Shown in pieces: positions 14,096-26,149 of a DNA stretch of 64,000 nt. Location: contig JALMLS010000368.1 of NCBI GenBank assembly GCA_038496445.1, positions 1-64,000 of the forward strand. Direction: 5' to 3'. The translations under genes were made by a program, and so were the position numbers. This DNA is from Trichosphaerium sp. ATCC 40318. Lineage: Eukaryota; Protista; Tubulinea. Below the pieces are notes generated by a model. That model saw only the letters and a list, made by a program, of their open reading frames with translations. It made no database searches and was not told where the DNA came from. The first letter of the stretch is position 1. Each line of letters starts with the position of its first letter.

Positions 14096-14825
14096 CAACT
14101 CTTTTTGTTACAGTACACGAGTTTTCTACACGTGGAATTTTTTCGAAAAAAATAACCACATTAAAGGCGTAGGTCCAAACAACCAATAGCTGTAACATAA
14201 AGAATAGGGTTTAAATATGCGGGGTAGAATATAATTGAGGGAGCCTAGTGAGTTTTACCTTTTTATTGCCGTTTTGTTTTAAACAGCGTTTTGTAGAAAC
14301 CTACACACTCTTTGCGCGCAAGCAACGGCGTCTAGAGTATTGTTGCTTGATTTTAGATAGCAATCTACTTTTTCAGCCTAAAACTGTTGTACAATGTATG
14401 TAACTTCTGTTCCCATATAAACGGAGCTTTTTATACGGTTGGCGAGACTGAGGCATCATGAGCAAGTGCTCAAGGAGCATATATGCTGATACTTTCCTTT
14501 TAAGGCCCACATTTTATTGTGAGTGATCTGTGTAATGTTCAACCAGTGACGTTCTTTTGACGTACGGATTGTTCACGTTCAAATACTTTACTTTTGGTAC
14601 ACAAAAGCGTGTTATAATTTATCCGCTAAAGATATCGCGTCAAAATGATTGATAAAGACTCTGTGGGCAGTTAAAAGCAAATGAGAGGTTCGACAAAAAC
14701 TAATGAGAACATATTACACATTGTAATTTTGATAATAGTTTTGGAAAGCATCACGTGCGTTTTAAAAACGAAATTTACCTTGTAAAATTCATTACGCCCA
14801 ATAATGCTTATTCCTTGTATAGTAA

Positions 14826-17236
14826 ATGATTTTGCGTTATTTCTGTACTGCCTTTTTGTTTTTTGCTCTTGCCGCACCTACCCACGGTAACACAAGTACG
14901 AATATTATTCAGCACAATCGATTGCGATATGACGTTTGTTAATTTTTTTATATCTTAGTCGTAACTTCAAGTGACCACGTTTGTGGCACTGATATGTATT
15001 GCTACTTGAACGAAGGACCAACCACGCTTATTCTCAATTCTACTGGATTAAATTTTGATGGCAGCGTGTTGAATGTGGAACTTTCCGAAAGTTTAGACAT
15101 TTATGGTATGTTGACGCTTTTGAAAGGTTCTGTAACAAATTATTTAGCGTTAAATAAAGGCATAAATGTTTCATGCTCACTTGAACAGGAGACAGTGAAC
15201 GGGACTCAAAACATTTGCATCTCATTATCAGGATTTACGTTTGATGGTTGTAAAATCAGCTTGAACGAGTTCGCAAATGTCACCGTAGAGTACATTCACA
15301 TTACAAGTCTAGTTTATTGATCAATTGACTATTGTGTAGGAATATGGTAGTTACAGGCATAGAGAGTTATATTCAAATATTTGACAGGTACATGTGATTT
15401 ATTTCGATTTTGTCACTTTTAATGAGAAAAATAGCCGAAATGTTGCTGTTCGTAATTCACTTTTCCATGAACTGTATGACGAGATAGGATTTGCCAAGCC
15501 TTTGGCATTATGGATTGAAACAGTCGAAACAGTTTCTGTGAATAATTGTCATTTTCAACATAATTTTAGGGGAGGGCATTATGTTAATAGAATGACAGGG
15601 AGAGGTAATATTTGTCCTTATTTTGTTTGATCGTAACTATTTAAGCATAGGAAGTATTGCTACATTCAGAGCTGTTGATAGAGTAATTTGTGACTTTGTA
15701 TAACAGGCTAAATATTTACACATGCATTTATTTAGGTTACAATCAACTCTTGTTTGTTCAAGGACAATTACGTACTTTCAAGCCGTCTTGGTATACAGAT
15801 CTTAGTCCTCATATATTCTCATTTGTATATAGCATACTCTGAATACTATATTTCAGTACTATACGCAAATTCTAGTGATGTACAGATATTGAACTCAACT
15901 TTTATTGATAATACTGTGGAAGAAGAAAATCCAATCAATGACGGATGTACTGGTACACATGTTCTGGCCAAGTATCATATTAATTGCCGGTTATAGTTGG
16001 CTCTTTGGCTTTAGACGGTCTATCAAACGGTGGATCAGCAGTGATAGATTCTTGTGTATTTGAGAATATTACATGCGTGTAACGTTCTGCCTAAATTTAA
16101 TAGTAAATACCTGATTCCGACTTCTAGAAAACAAGTACAAAATAATTCAACGACTATAATGTCCCCAGCATTGATCGGGTCTTCCATGGACATTACAATC
16201 AGGTACACTAACTAATATGTTATTTCCAACACAGTAAGAATACTAAATGTCGTGTTTAGAAATACAACAACGTTTGAAAACAGCCTCAACAATAGTAATG
16301 GACAAGCAATTGTATTGTACTAATTTATCAAATAGATACTGGAGGCGTTTTTGATTGTCCTTCAACACCAACAAATCTTACGTGTGGCTGCAGCTACTCT
16401 GATATCACCACATATTTTGCAGATTGTCAAGCTAATGGTATAATTTATATTGTATTTGCTCTCTTACAGTGTTGAATAGTTACATGTGAAGGCAAAACTT
16501 TCATTCCTCCAACAATACCACCAACCACAATATCGCCGACAACTGCACCAACAGTTGAACCGACAACTGTATCACCTACAGCCGCACCAACAGTTGGTAG
16601 TCTACCACCCGAAATAGTGTTGTCTAGTCCTTTGATAATAAATGGTGACTTTGTAAACTCAGAGATAGCAACAATCGCTCCAGGAGGCTTTCTTCAAGTT
16701 GAAGGTATGTCTTGTATCACAAGTTATTTAGTAGGTTAATCCGATGTTTAGGATGTATTGTGATACCATCAAATACAACGTTCATCATTGACTTCACAAA
16801 TGATAATAACACAACAGGTGTTGGTGAGATGAGAAGAGAAGTAATACGAAGCAACAGCAACTGTATCAATGGAACTTTTACAGTTCTTTCACCAGAATGT
16901 GTATTGGCAAGAATTGAGCGGACTCTTTCATCGTATGCTTTTTAGTTTTGCACTGATCTCTAACTTTTGCTAGCATACTTGTTGTGACATCAAGATCTGA
17001 TAGTTGTGATGATGGAGCACCAGCAAATGTTGGTTTGGTATTAGGCGTCACATTTGGCATTCTTGTGTTTGTATGTGAAGACATTTCTTTTTCTTGTTTT
17101 CATTTATTTTTCTCAAACTAAATTTGTATGGTAGATTGCTGTAGGTCTGATTATTGCTTTCTTTGTACCTAAGTTGAGACAAACCATTTTCCCTTATACT
17201 TTAACAACCAAGAAAGTAGAAATATCTTCTCTTTGA
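14826..17236 (+). CDS. Receptor-like type I membrane protein, paralog R3 (recent copy of R2)
   Basis: Same exon structure as R2; TGA at 17234-17236. Confidence 0.82.
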
Positions 17237-17567
17237 AACTAACAGTAAAATACTCATCGTCCCAATCGATTATTGTCCATGCATTCATTTTTGTGAGTTT
17301 TGTCAATTCTAGATCAACGTGTTTAGATTGATAATGTAGAGATTGTAGAGTAATGTGTTTGTATTGGCTATTTAGACAATGACGGATCTGACGGATCTGA
17401 CACTGCTAACAGAACTCGCAAATATCATGTGATGTACTGTCACGTGGTAATTTTTTGCGAATACAGATTTCTTTTTTATGGAATAAACTAGGGTGTATGC
17501 AACATGATCTTATAAAGGAACAAAACAATACAGAAGATTATCCGAAAAATCAAGTGTTCAATCTTGA

Positions 17568-18152
<585 letters not shown>

Positions 18153-18170
18153 ATGAGGTGTAAATTTTAT

Positions 18171-18666
18171 TTACAAGCTGTTGACTTGGTTATAGCCTTT
18201 TGAGCAAAGTGTAATTGACGCCAAGTTTTGAACAAAATCTCTTAAACTATTACGTTTTTTTTGTTGAATTGCTTTGGCCATGTTGCACTGGTTAAAATAA
18301 AAGTCTCCTACAGTAAGGGCATTTCTTTGTGGGTCAAACATAAAAGAACCATTTTGACCTGGACCCGTTTCGCATCCTTCAGGCGATTGTTGTTTTGGTA
18401 CAGTTATTGTATACGGTGAATCACGTGGTGTGTACGTAACCTATACCGCTGTAAGTATTGTGATACATTTTTCTCAAATTGCTTTTTCATTGTACCACTA
18501 TTCCTATGCATTGGGGATACCCTCCCATATACACGCCGATTGTTGTGGCATTGCTAAACTTTATTTCAAGCGCACCACCAAGGAAGCAGTAATTGCCTTG
18601 TGGAATATCTGCTGCAAGCGTTCCAATGGCTAGTGAGATAATGCAAAAGATAGCGAGTTGCTGCAT
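18171..18666 (-). CDS. Small secreted Cys-containing protein (3 exons, approximate)
   Basis: Signal peptide MQQLAIFCIISLAIGTLAA; GT-AG introns restore the reading frame. Confidence 0.55.
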
Positions 18667-18693
18667 TGTTAGTTGCAAGTTGAATTGAGTGGC

Positions 18694-18868
18694 TACCAGA
18701 TAAGGAAAATCCCGCACTTTTTGATCCTCTATTTGTCCGAATCACCTTTCCTGTGGTCCGAGCCACACTTGGGTTTGCTATACCAGATAAGGAAAATCCC
18801 GCACTTATTGATCCTCTATTTGTCCGAATCACCCTTCCTGTGGTCGGAGTCACACTTGGGTTTTGCTA
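18694..18868. repeat. Two-copy 87-bp tandem repeat
   Basis: Units start at 18694 and 18781 (taccagataaggaaaatcccgcac...cacacttggg), with few mismatches. Confidence 0.92.
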
Positions 18869-19136
18869 AAAGCATGGGAGTTGCGCTGGATTATCTACTA
18901 AACAGAACGACATTCCATTTTTGAGGTCATTCTGTTAATCAGCCTGTAGTTCGGGGCCAAATATGCGTAAAATTCGTGGATATGCTCAGGTAAAATCCTG
19001 TCGATTATTACACAACTTTTTTCTTCTCTTACTCACTGTTGCAAGTAAATGGTTGTGGCCGGACCACGACCACATTTATTTCGTCGATTTATTTAGCCCA
19101 AGAATTCTTGTTGACAATATTTATATAAGCTCATTA

Positions 19137-20391
19137 CAGGTAGTAACCAAAAAAATTACAGGTAGTAAAATTTGTTTGACCATGTGTGCACTTGGTCAAG
19201 CTTTTTGCAGTCTGAAAAACTGCCGTATAAAACTAGTATGCTCTGGTAAGATGTGGTAGAAAGGGAATAGTCAACACATTATCATTAAGTCTATAACCGC
19301 CAATGTTTACATTTTTTGGTAGTACAGTATTTCAGTGAAACACAAATTGCAGTGCCCATCGCTTGCTATATTGAAGTGTATTATCTTTAAGTGTATAAAT
19401 AGATCAAACAATTATATAAATACAAAATTATCACCTTATAAACCTTGTGAAATTTGTTGGTTATCTGTAGGAAAGTCAGAAAAATCTAGATCTAAAAGTC
19501 TAGTACCAATTCGTTGCCCAGATTGTATGTCACAGCCAACATGTATCACTATTTTTTTCACTTTATCAACGTATTTAACAGTAATGAGTGTTTTTCTGGT
19601 ATTTTGATCTCTTTGCAATAGTTTAAGGATCACCAGACCATATCTTTCACTACATTGATAGCGCCAAGTGTACGTACTAGAAGGTTCACTTTTGCAATTA
19701 ATTTTCAACTTACACAATTGTTGAAAAAGCTTTTAGAAAGGCATGATATACCCTCATATCATACAAATAAAATGGAGAGTTTATGATACCTTCCAACTTT
19801 TTTTTGCTGTGTATGTATTACATGATTGAATAGTTTTTTGGTTTTTTTCCAAACTTTGTAATTTTAGTTTGTCGGGATAGTGTACTGGTTCTATATAGTA
19901 ACCAAAGGTTTTATATCAATAGCACATCATAAAACACACGCACACATGATTAGAAAGGATTTCAGCTAACTGCAATAATCTGGTGAAGCCATAAAAAAAA
20001 GCACAAACTTTTGCAAAATCACATGTTCAATCTTTTTTTTAGCAACTGAAAATTATTCTTAACAAGCACAGGCAGGCACAATGAAAACAGCGTTCATACA
20101 GACGCTTTAAACAGGTAGACAGAGCTATACTGGCAATACAAAACACTATTTGGAGCTATTGTTGTGCTATTTATGTTTACTTCTGCCAAACGTTGCCAGT
20201 AATATACTCATACGCTGTTTTTAGTTGTGACGCTGCCTAGAGTTGTGTTTTACCTCTTATGTACATTTCTACTTTGATCTAACTAAAAACACCTCGCAAT
20301 AGGTTTATCATGCGTGCGTGATTAGTTTCCGAAGACTACTGACACGTTTTGACGAAATTTTACTACCTGTAATTTTTTTTTTTACTACCTG
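19137..20391. mobile_element. Non-autonomous TIR element candidate
   Basis: About 37-bp inverted termini CAGGTAGTAA-A-rich-TTACAGGTAGTAAAATTT; no clear target-site duplication. Confidence 0.6.
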
Positions 20392-20629
20392 GAAAGAGAT
20401 AAGGGGTTGACTGTAGCTTTGTTGAATCAAAATTAACTTTACAAAAATGACACCTACACAAATTCTTTCCGTCCATGACTCAATTTTCAACACAGAGGGA
20501 TGGTCAAGCTCGTCGTTTCAGGTAACAAAATGATAGAGTATTTATGCTTGCTGACACACAATCCAAGGCGGTTGGTTCGGTGGCATGTGCGTTGAGGACA
20601 AAGCCGTTACTATGTTGTTAAACTGTACG

Positions 20630-20960
20630 CTCAATCAATTCCTTTATCGCCTTTTCTACGCTCAAATAACCCTAATCACTATATCTTGATAGGACAAACG
20701 TTTACCAACTTACAAACAACCTCGTAAATACGCTTCATCGACTTTCATACGCTCAAAGAAATGCCTGTGGCCCTGTATTTGATCCCAACATACAGATTCC
20801 CATTTACCAACTTACTCTTCCACTGCTACATTCGTCACGTGCACAAAAAACAAAGTTGTCGTTTCAAATCAGCTTCTTTTTCGGACATCACTATGGGCGT
20901 CCAAAAATGGAACATAATTGTTTGATTTTATACCTCATCTCGTCTATCCATCACTTTACT
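20630..20960 (-). mobile_element. Degenerate Merlin/IS1595(ISXO2)-like transposase remnant
   Basis: MKVDEAYLRG..*VGKR....(frameshift)GLFERRKG resembles the VExDExYxGG..GKR...VxGxxER motif; multiple stops. Confidence 0.4.
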
Positions 20961-21358
20961 CTTTTGGTAGAGATAAAGCATTGTTAAACCATACGAGAGT
21001 AGTCTGGATGTAGTAAAAAGCGCCTAGTGGCTTCCAATGAAGCCATCTACTTTCCTTTCACCACAACCGAACCGGTTACGAATTGCCATAACCAGTTAAG
21101 TCAATAACCCGTTTTTAGAGCTCTAACTATGCCCTATTGGTACACTTGCTGCTATTAAAGCGTACCCAAAGTATACATGTGACTCAAGGCAGACAAAGGT
21201 AGAATACTGATTGAGCTTAATGTTACAACGAAATGTGAACCATTTATTGTAAAGAAGCACGTTGGTAGCACGTGGTTATGTTATGTAGATAGTATCATGT
21301 TAAATATTAGTATTGCGCCAATATTTCTTCTCTGTGTTTTGGAATCACAGCAGAGATG

Positions 21359-23746
21359 TTAGTTCTTTTGAAGTGTATATGGAACCAAAGCGTGTCTCAG
21401 CTTAGGTACAAGTAATATCACAAGAATACAAATTATAATCTACCCATTCAAAGTCAGTTAATAGTATTTTAGCATAAGTTTCGTACCAGAGCAAGAACAC
21501 CAAATGTAATACCTAAAACAATGCCAACATATCCTGTTCCTGATTCATTCTCACAACTGTAAGACCTTGATGTGATCACAATTACACTATTGTCAAAAGT
21601 TAAGTATGCTGATAATTGAGTGATGACAGCTTACGATGAAAGAGTCTGTTCAAGCTTTGCAAGTACACATTCTGGTGAAATAAGTGTAAAAGTACCATTG
21701 ATACAGTTACTGTTACTTCTTAATACTTCTCTTCGATTCTCACCAACGCCCTGTGTGTCATTATAAAGTGTAAAATCTATGACAAACGTTGTTGTTGGTG
21801 GTATCACAATGCATCCTACAAAACAATTGAACATACTATAAGCTTTACATTGGATTACCTTCAACTTCTAGAAAACCTCCAGGTATCAACCTTGCAAAGC
21901 CTGAGTGAAAGAAGTCTCCGTCTATCTTCAATCTATCTGATAGTATGGTGTTATTTGGCAAATTGGTTGGTGTCATTGGTGGTGCTGTCATTGGTGATGC
22001 TGTCGTAGGAGGCGGTGTTGGTGCTATTGGCGGTGGTACATCTAAACAAGCGAAATAAAAAGGTAAGAAAATAGTTTAAAACAAAGTAAGATTACATTGG
22101 TATGTTCCATTCTGGCATTTAACTAAACAACACAAGTAAGTACTATATAACATGACAAGGTTAAATTCTACCTGTAGTTTGGCCAAATTTTCTAGCAGTA
22201 ACATTGTAGTCACCATCCTTACACGTGAAATCAGTATGTACAGTGCCATCCTGAAATATATTTTCAAACGGTTCTATTAAAGTTGATAAGTTAAGTGGTT
22301 TCATAATCGCAGTGTGGTACCAGTAGGCTGATTTCCAACAAACTTGGACGTTCTATACATTGTAATTCAGGTTAAAAAGTCACTACTAATACTATTGAAA
22401 TATGTACGTGATTGTAATACTTGACTGAAAACCTCTTATTGAATAAGCATCTATAATCTTTGAAGAACCCGTGCTATACAAATTCATGGTTGAGTATTAT
22501 AAATGAAACTCCAAAAAGGTGCATAAACCAATAAAGCAAAAAGAGATACATAGATGCGTACACACAAGTGTTATTCTCAAACACACAAGATTCAATATCT
22601 GCTTTTGAGTTTGCTCCATTACCTTCCAATCTTAAAGGTCCAACTGAATTAAGGTAAACATATCACTTCAAAGTAAGGCTGTACCAACACAATAGTCCTC
22701 AAATGGCATGACATTCTCCATATTTCCTTTAAAAGTTGAGTTAAATACCCTTGTGTTCTTTGCTGTTAAATATGCTGTAGAAAGGTACGGGAATGATCCT
22801 TGGATTTATTAGCTCATGGAGGGGGGTACTTATACATACTAGTATTTCCAATAACAGTATTGTACTCAAACGAACAAGAGTTGATAAAAATCTTTAGGAA
22901 AAAAATGAGAATGCGAATATGGAAGTGACAAAGTACATTCTGAGTTGTAATAGTTACAAGAGCTATTGTACAATTAAGCATTAATAGTAATGGAGAGTAA
23001 TTTTACCAGGAAAATATTGGCGAGGGTACCTATTGTGTGAGAACACACAATGGTCCAACAAAACTGCTTCGGTGCCATCATAAATTGAAAAGGTGGAACT
23101 TAAAAAGTTGTTTATGTGCTGAAAACTAGTCCTTTTTAATGCCACATTTGCTCTATTGTAGTGTTAGAGAATTTAATCAATTAGCGATACATGTTGTACG
23201 GTGAGTAAATTTCAAGTCCTACAGCTTTTCCTGTAAATACCATGTTTCTAAAAAGATGTCAATAAACTCTTTGTCTGTTCATTGAACAGTTTGCCAGTAC
23301 GTTATGGTAACATTTACAAATTTCCTTAACTCCCAATGACAACCACGCGCTGTAAAACCTGATAGCGATATGTTGAACTTTGACGATCCCTGCCAAATAG
23401 TGATGTAACATGACACAGATACATCATCAGACAACGCTAAACATAATTTTAATAAAAAGTGTTTCCAAAACGTGACGGACCATAAATTTCAATATCCTTA
23501 GTAAAGGTAAAACTTACTAGCCCATCAAGAACCAAGTTTGTTGAGTTGAGAATAAGCGTAGTTGGATGTTCATACAAATAACACGTGACATTATTTCCAC
23601 AAAAGTGTTCGTCTGATGTTACGACTAGCGCGAAAAAACAATTAAGACGCTTCTTACGCTTTCCTATGTTACGTACTTGTACTGCCATACGCTGTGGCTG
23701 TAAATGCGATTATTGCGAGTAGGGAATACCGATAGAACGAGCCCAT
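21359..23746 (-). CDS. Receptor-like type I membrane protein, paralog R4
   Basis: VVTSDEHFCG..CYL..PTTLILNST, DSCVFENNTC, Pro/Thr stalk, RSNSNCINGTF, TM, VPKLRHALVPYTL. Confidence 0.8.
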
Positions 23747-24551
23747 CTACTGCAAGAAAGCCATTAGTGTATAATACAGATATACATGACTTTATTTCAA
23801 CGTGCTTGGGTATTTGATGCTAAAAAGGAAGAGGTTTTGAAAAAGTACACAACAAAAAGCAATCTGTTGACATTTTCAAACACGTCAAGTTATTACTATG
23901 TTGCTGAAGGTATTTATGCAAAAGTATCATGATAAGAATAAAAAATCCCTCAGCAAAACCCACATCATACAATACAACAATGTAATAAACGCAGCTATAG
24001 GTGTTACTACTACGCATCGCGGTATTATATCGCATCATAATCATTGGGTAATCGGCGGAAGTTTTTCAGACAACACGTTCAAAATTAGCAAGCATGTTAA
24101 AGACTAGCCTACGCTGTACTAAGAACATTAGATCCCAATTTTTTGGAGAACGTAACTCTAACTCAAGTGTGACACGTGATTATTTAGTACTAAACAAGCC
24201 TCAAATAATCTCCAACATACTCTACTAATGGTTTACGTGCGTACAGGGCTCATAGGCAGCATATTAAGAATATTTACCCTAACAGTAAACTAATGACACT
24301 TAATGCTTTTCATACGCCTTTAGAGTTTATAGTCTTAACAGAGGTTTTCCTGTCTACAAATAAACTATTTGGTGATGTTTAGAATGGTGCTCACTATTCA
24401 GCGTAACAGCTGGAACTGCTAACTGTGTTTTTCACTCCCAGTAAGTACAAAAGCATACAACCATTAGTCGACTCTTTTGGATAAAAAGCAACTATTCAAT
24501 TCTATGAACGTGATTCAAAGTATTTTCTCAGAACAACTTTGACGGACATTA

Positions 24552-25187
24552 ATGCCTAGTACAACAATGACAACACAACTTCTTAACTATGACTGTTACT
24601 ACTGTATTCTTAAACACCTTAAAATGGACTGGCGACTATACCCAACAATTTCTGTGGTGTGTAGGGAATGGTATCACATGGCTGAACAGCTTGTTACCCC
24701 TTATGCTAGGTACTATGCAACTTCCTATATTACACGACGTTATGAAGGAACAAAGGACTATACAAGATTTGAAGATGGAATAGATTGGCTTAGGGTTTGC
24801 AAGTCCTATGGCTCATTCCATTATGCCCATTGCAGTTTTTGTTACAACTTTCTACATAATGATTTGGATCAAAATTTAAAGGCAAACACGTGTCCACTTT
24901 GTGAGAGTTATGCCTTTTGTAATTCGAAATGCTTCTTTAAAGCTCGTAGAACACATAGCCATCATTGTGGACGTACGGTAAAAGCAGTGGCATTCAAAAA
25001 GAAAAGACTTTGGAACAAAATTGTTTTCATAAAGGAACATAGGAACAAAATATATCTTACACCTGATGACGAGTTTGTGAAAAGAATAATGTGGTTTGAG
25101 GATGGAACTGATGTAAAGCAAGGCATCAAACAATGTCAATTTTTTACTAAACTATTTGAACAAAGAAAACTCTTTGTTCGATTTTAA
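24552..25187 (+). CDS. F-box-like plus MYND-type zinc finger protein (intronless)
   Basis: LNYDCYYCILKHL..ISVVCREW (F-box-like); CSFC..CPLC..FCNSKC..HSHHC (MYND-like spacing). Confidence 0.6.
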   Translation: MPSTTMTTQLLNYDCYYCILKHLKMDWRLYPTISVVCREWYHMAEQLVTPYARYYATSYITRRYEGTKDYTRFEDGIDWLRVCKSYGSFHYAHCSFCYNFLHNDLDQNLKANTCPLCESYAFCNSKCFFKARRTHSHHCGRTVKAVAFKKKRLWNKIVFIKEHRNKIYLTPDDEFVKRIMWFEDGTDVKQGIKQCQFFTKLFEQRKLFVRF

Positions 25188-25977
25188 CTGTAAACAACTT
25201 GTTCCTAAATGAATCTATTCTCCAGCATGAGTCACACGGCGATTGTGAGTTGAGCCTCCACACTGATAGATTCTCAGTTAATTGAGGAACAAATAAACAT
25301 ACAAAGGAGACTGTATCACAAATAAAATAAAGCTACAATGTGCCACCTGTTTGATTTGTTAACTTATACCGTCAATAAGTGCAATTGAATATCCTCAGCC
25401 TGTTGTACATGCTCATAAAATAACTCTCGTCACGTGCAAATATTATTTATGGAATTATTAACACGCGGAGAGCTCTGTCGATTTATAATGCTAAGAATTC
25501 ATATTATTAAATAACGCCTGCCGAAGCGAAAAAAAGAAAAAGTCCAAGTCTGTGATATCTGGTAAAGAACCCGATGTATGTAGCACTCTAATCATCTCTT
25601 TCTAACTCTATTAGTATACCTGCAAAATCTCACTAGAAAAGCCATGGAGCTTGCACCTGCAGAAGTAATGCATTAAAGTATTTTTGTTGTAACTTCTTTT
25701 TTCCTTGTACACATAACTGTAACAAGTTTTTGGCTTGTAAGAGTTAACCAAGAAGCTTAATAAAAGTCTTGTATAGATTTAATACTAGTATCGATTTTTT
25801 GAAGTAAACAAATAAGACTTTAACAATGTTAACGCAAGTACTTGCCAACAGCGTAACTGCTACTCCAAATGCTATGGTAATGGTATTTTCTTTCTTTCGT
25901 TTGGTCCAGTTATCGCTACGAAAGGCGGAATCGCCAGAAAGCTGGAAAGCAAACTTGCTGTTGTATCGAGCTACCAT

Positions 25978-26072
25978 GTGTTTAAAAATATTTTCTTTTT
26001 TCATGAATTTAAATACACGCTACGCCTCGAGTAAATAAATGACACTATGGCTTCGGTAGCGCCCAATATTTC
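25978..26072 (+). repeat. Dispersed ~95-bp repeat (second copy at 45523-45640)
   Basis: ttcatgaatttaaatac..gctacgcctcgagtaaataaatga..tatggcttcggtag.gcc.aatattt is shared between the two sites. Confidence 0.88.
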
Positions 26073-26149
26073 ACTTGAGCTAAAACAAAAAAGTACACAA
26101 TCTTACTTGGTGCCAAGCTAAGCTTAATATCATTTCACAAAAAAACACA

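Larger units (their letters stand above)
13046..17464. repeat. Inverted segmental duplication of about 3117-4133 and 5419-9568
   Basis: Direct reverse-complement identity, e.g. 13046-13940 with 3117-4133 and 14095-17464 with 5419-9000, with many short deletions. Confidence 0.93.
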
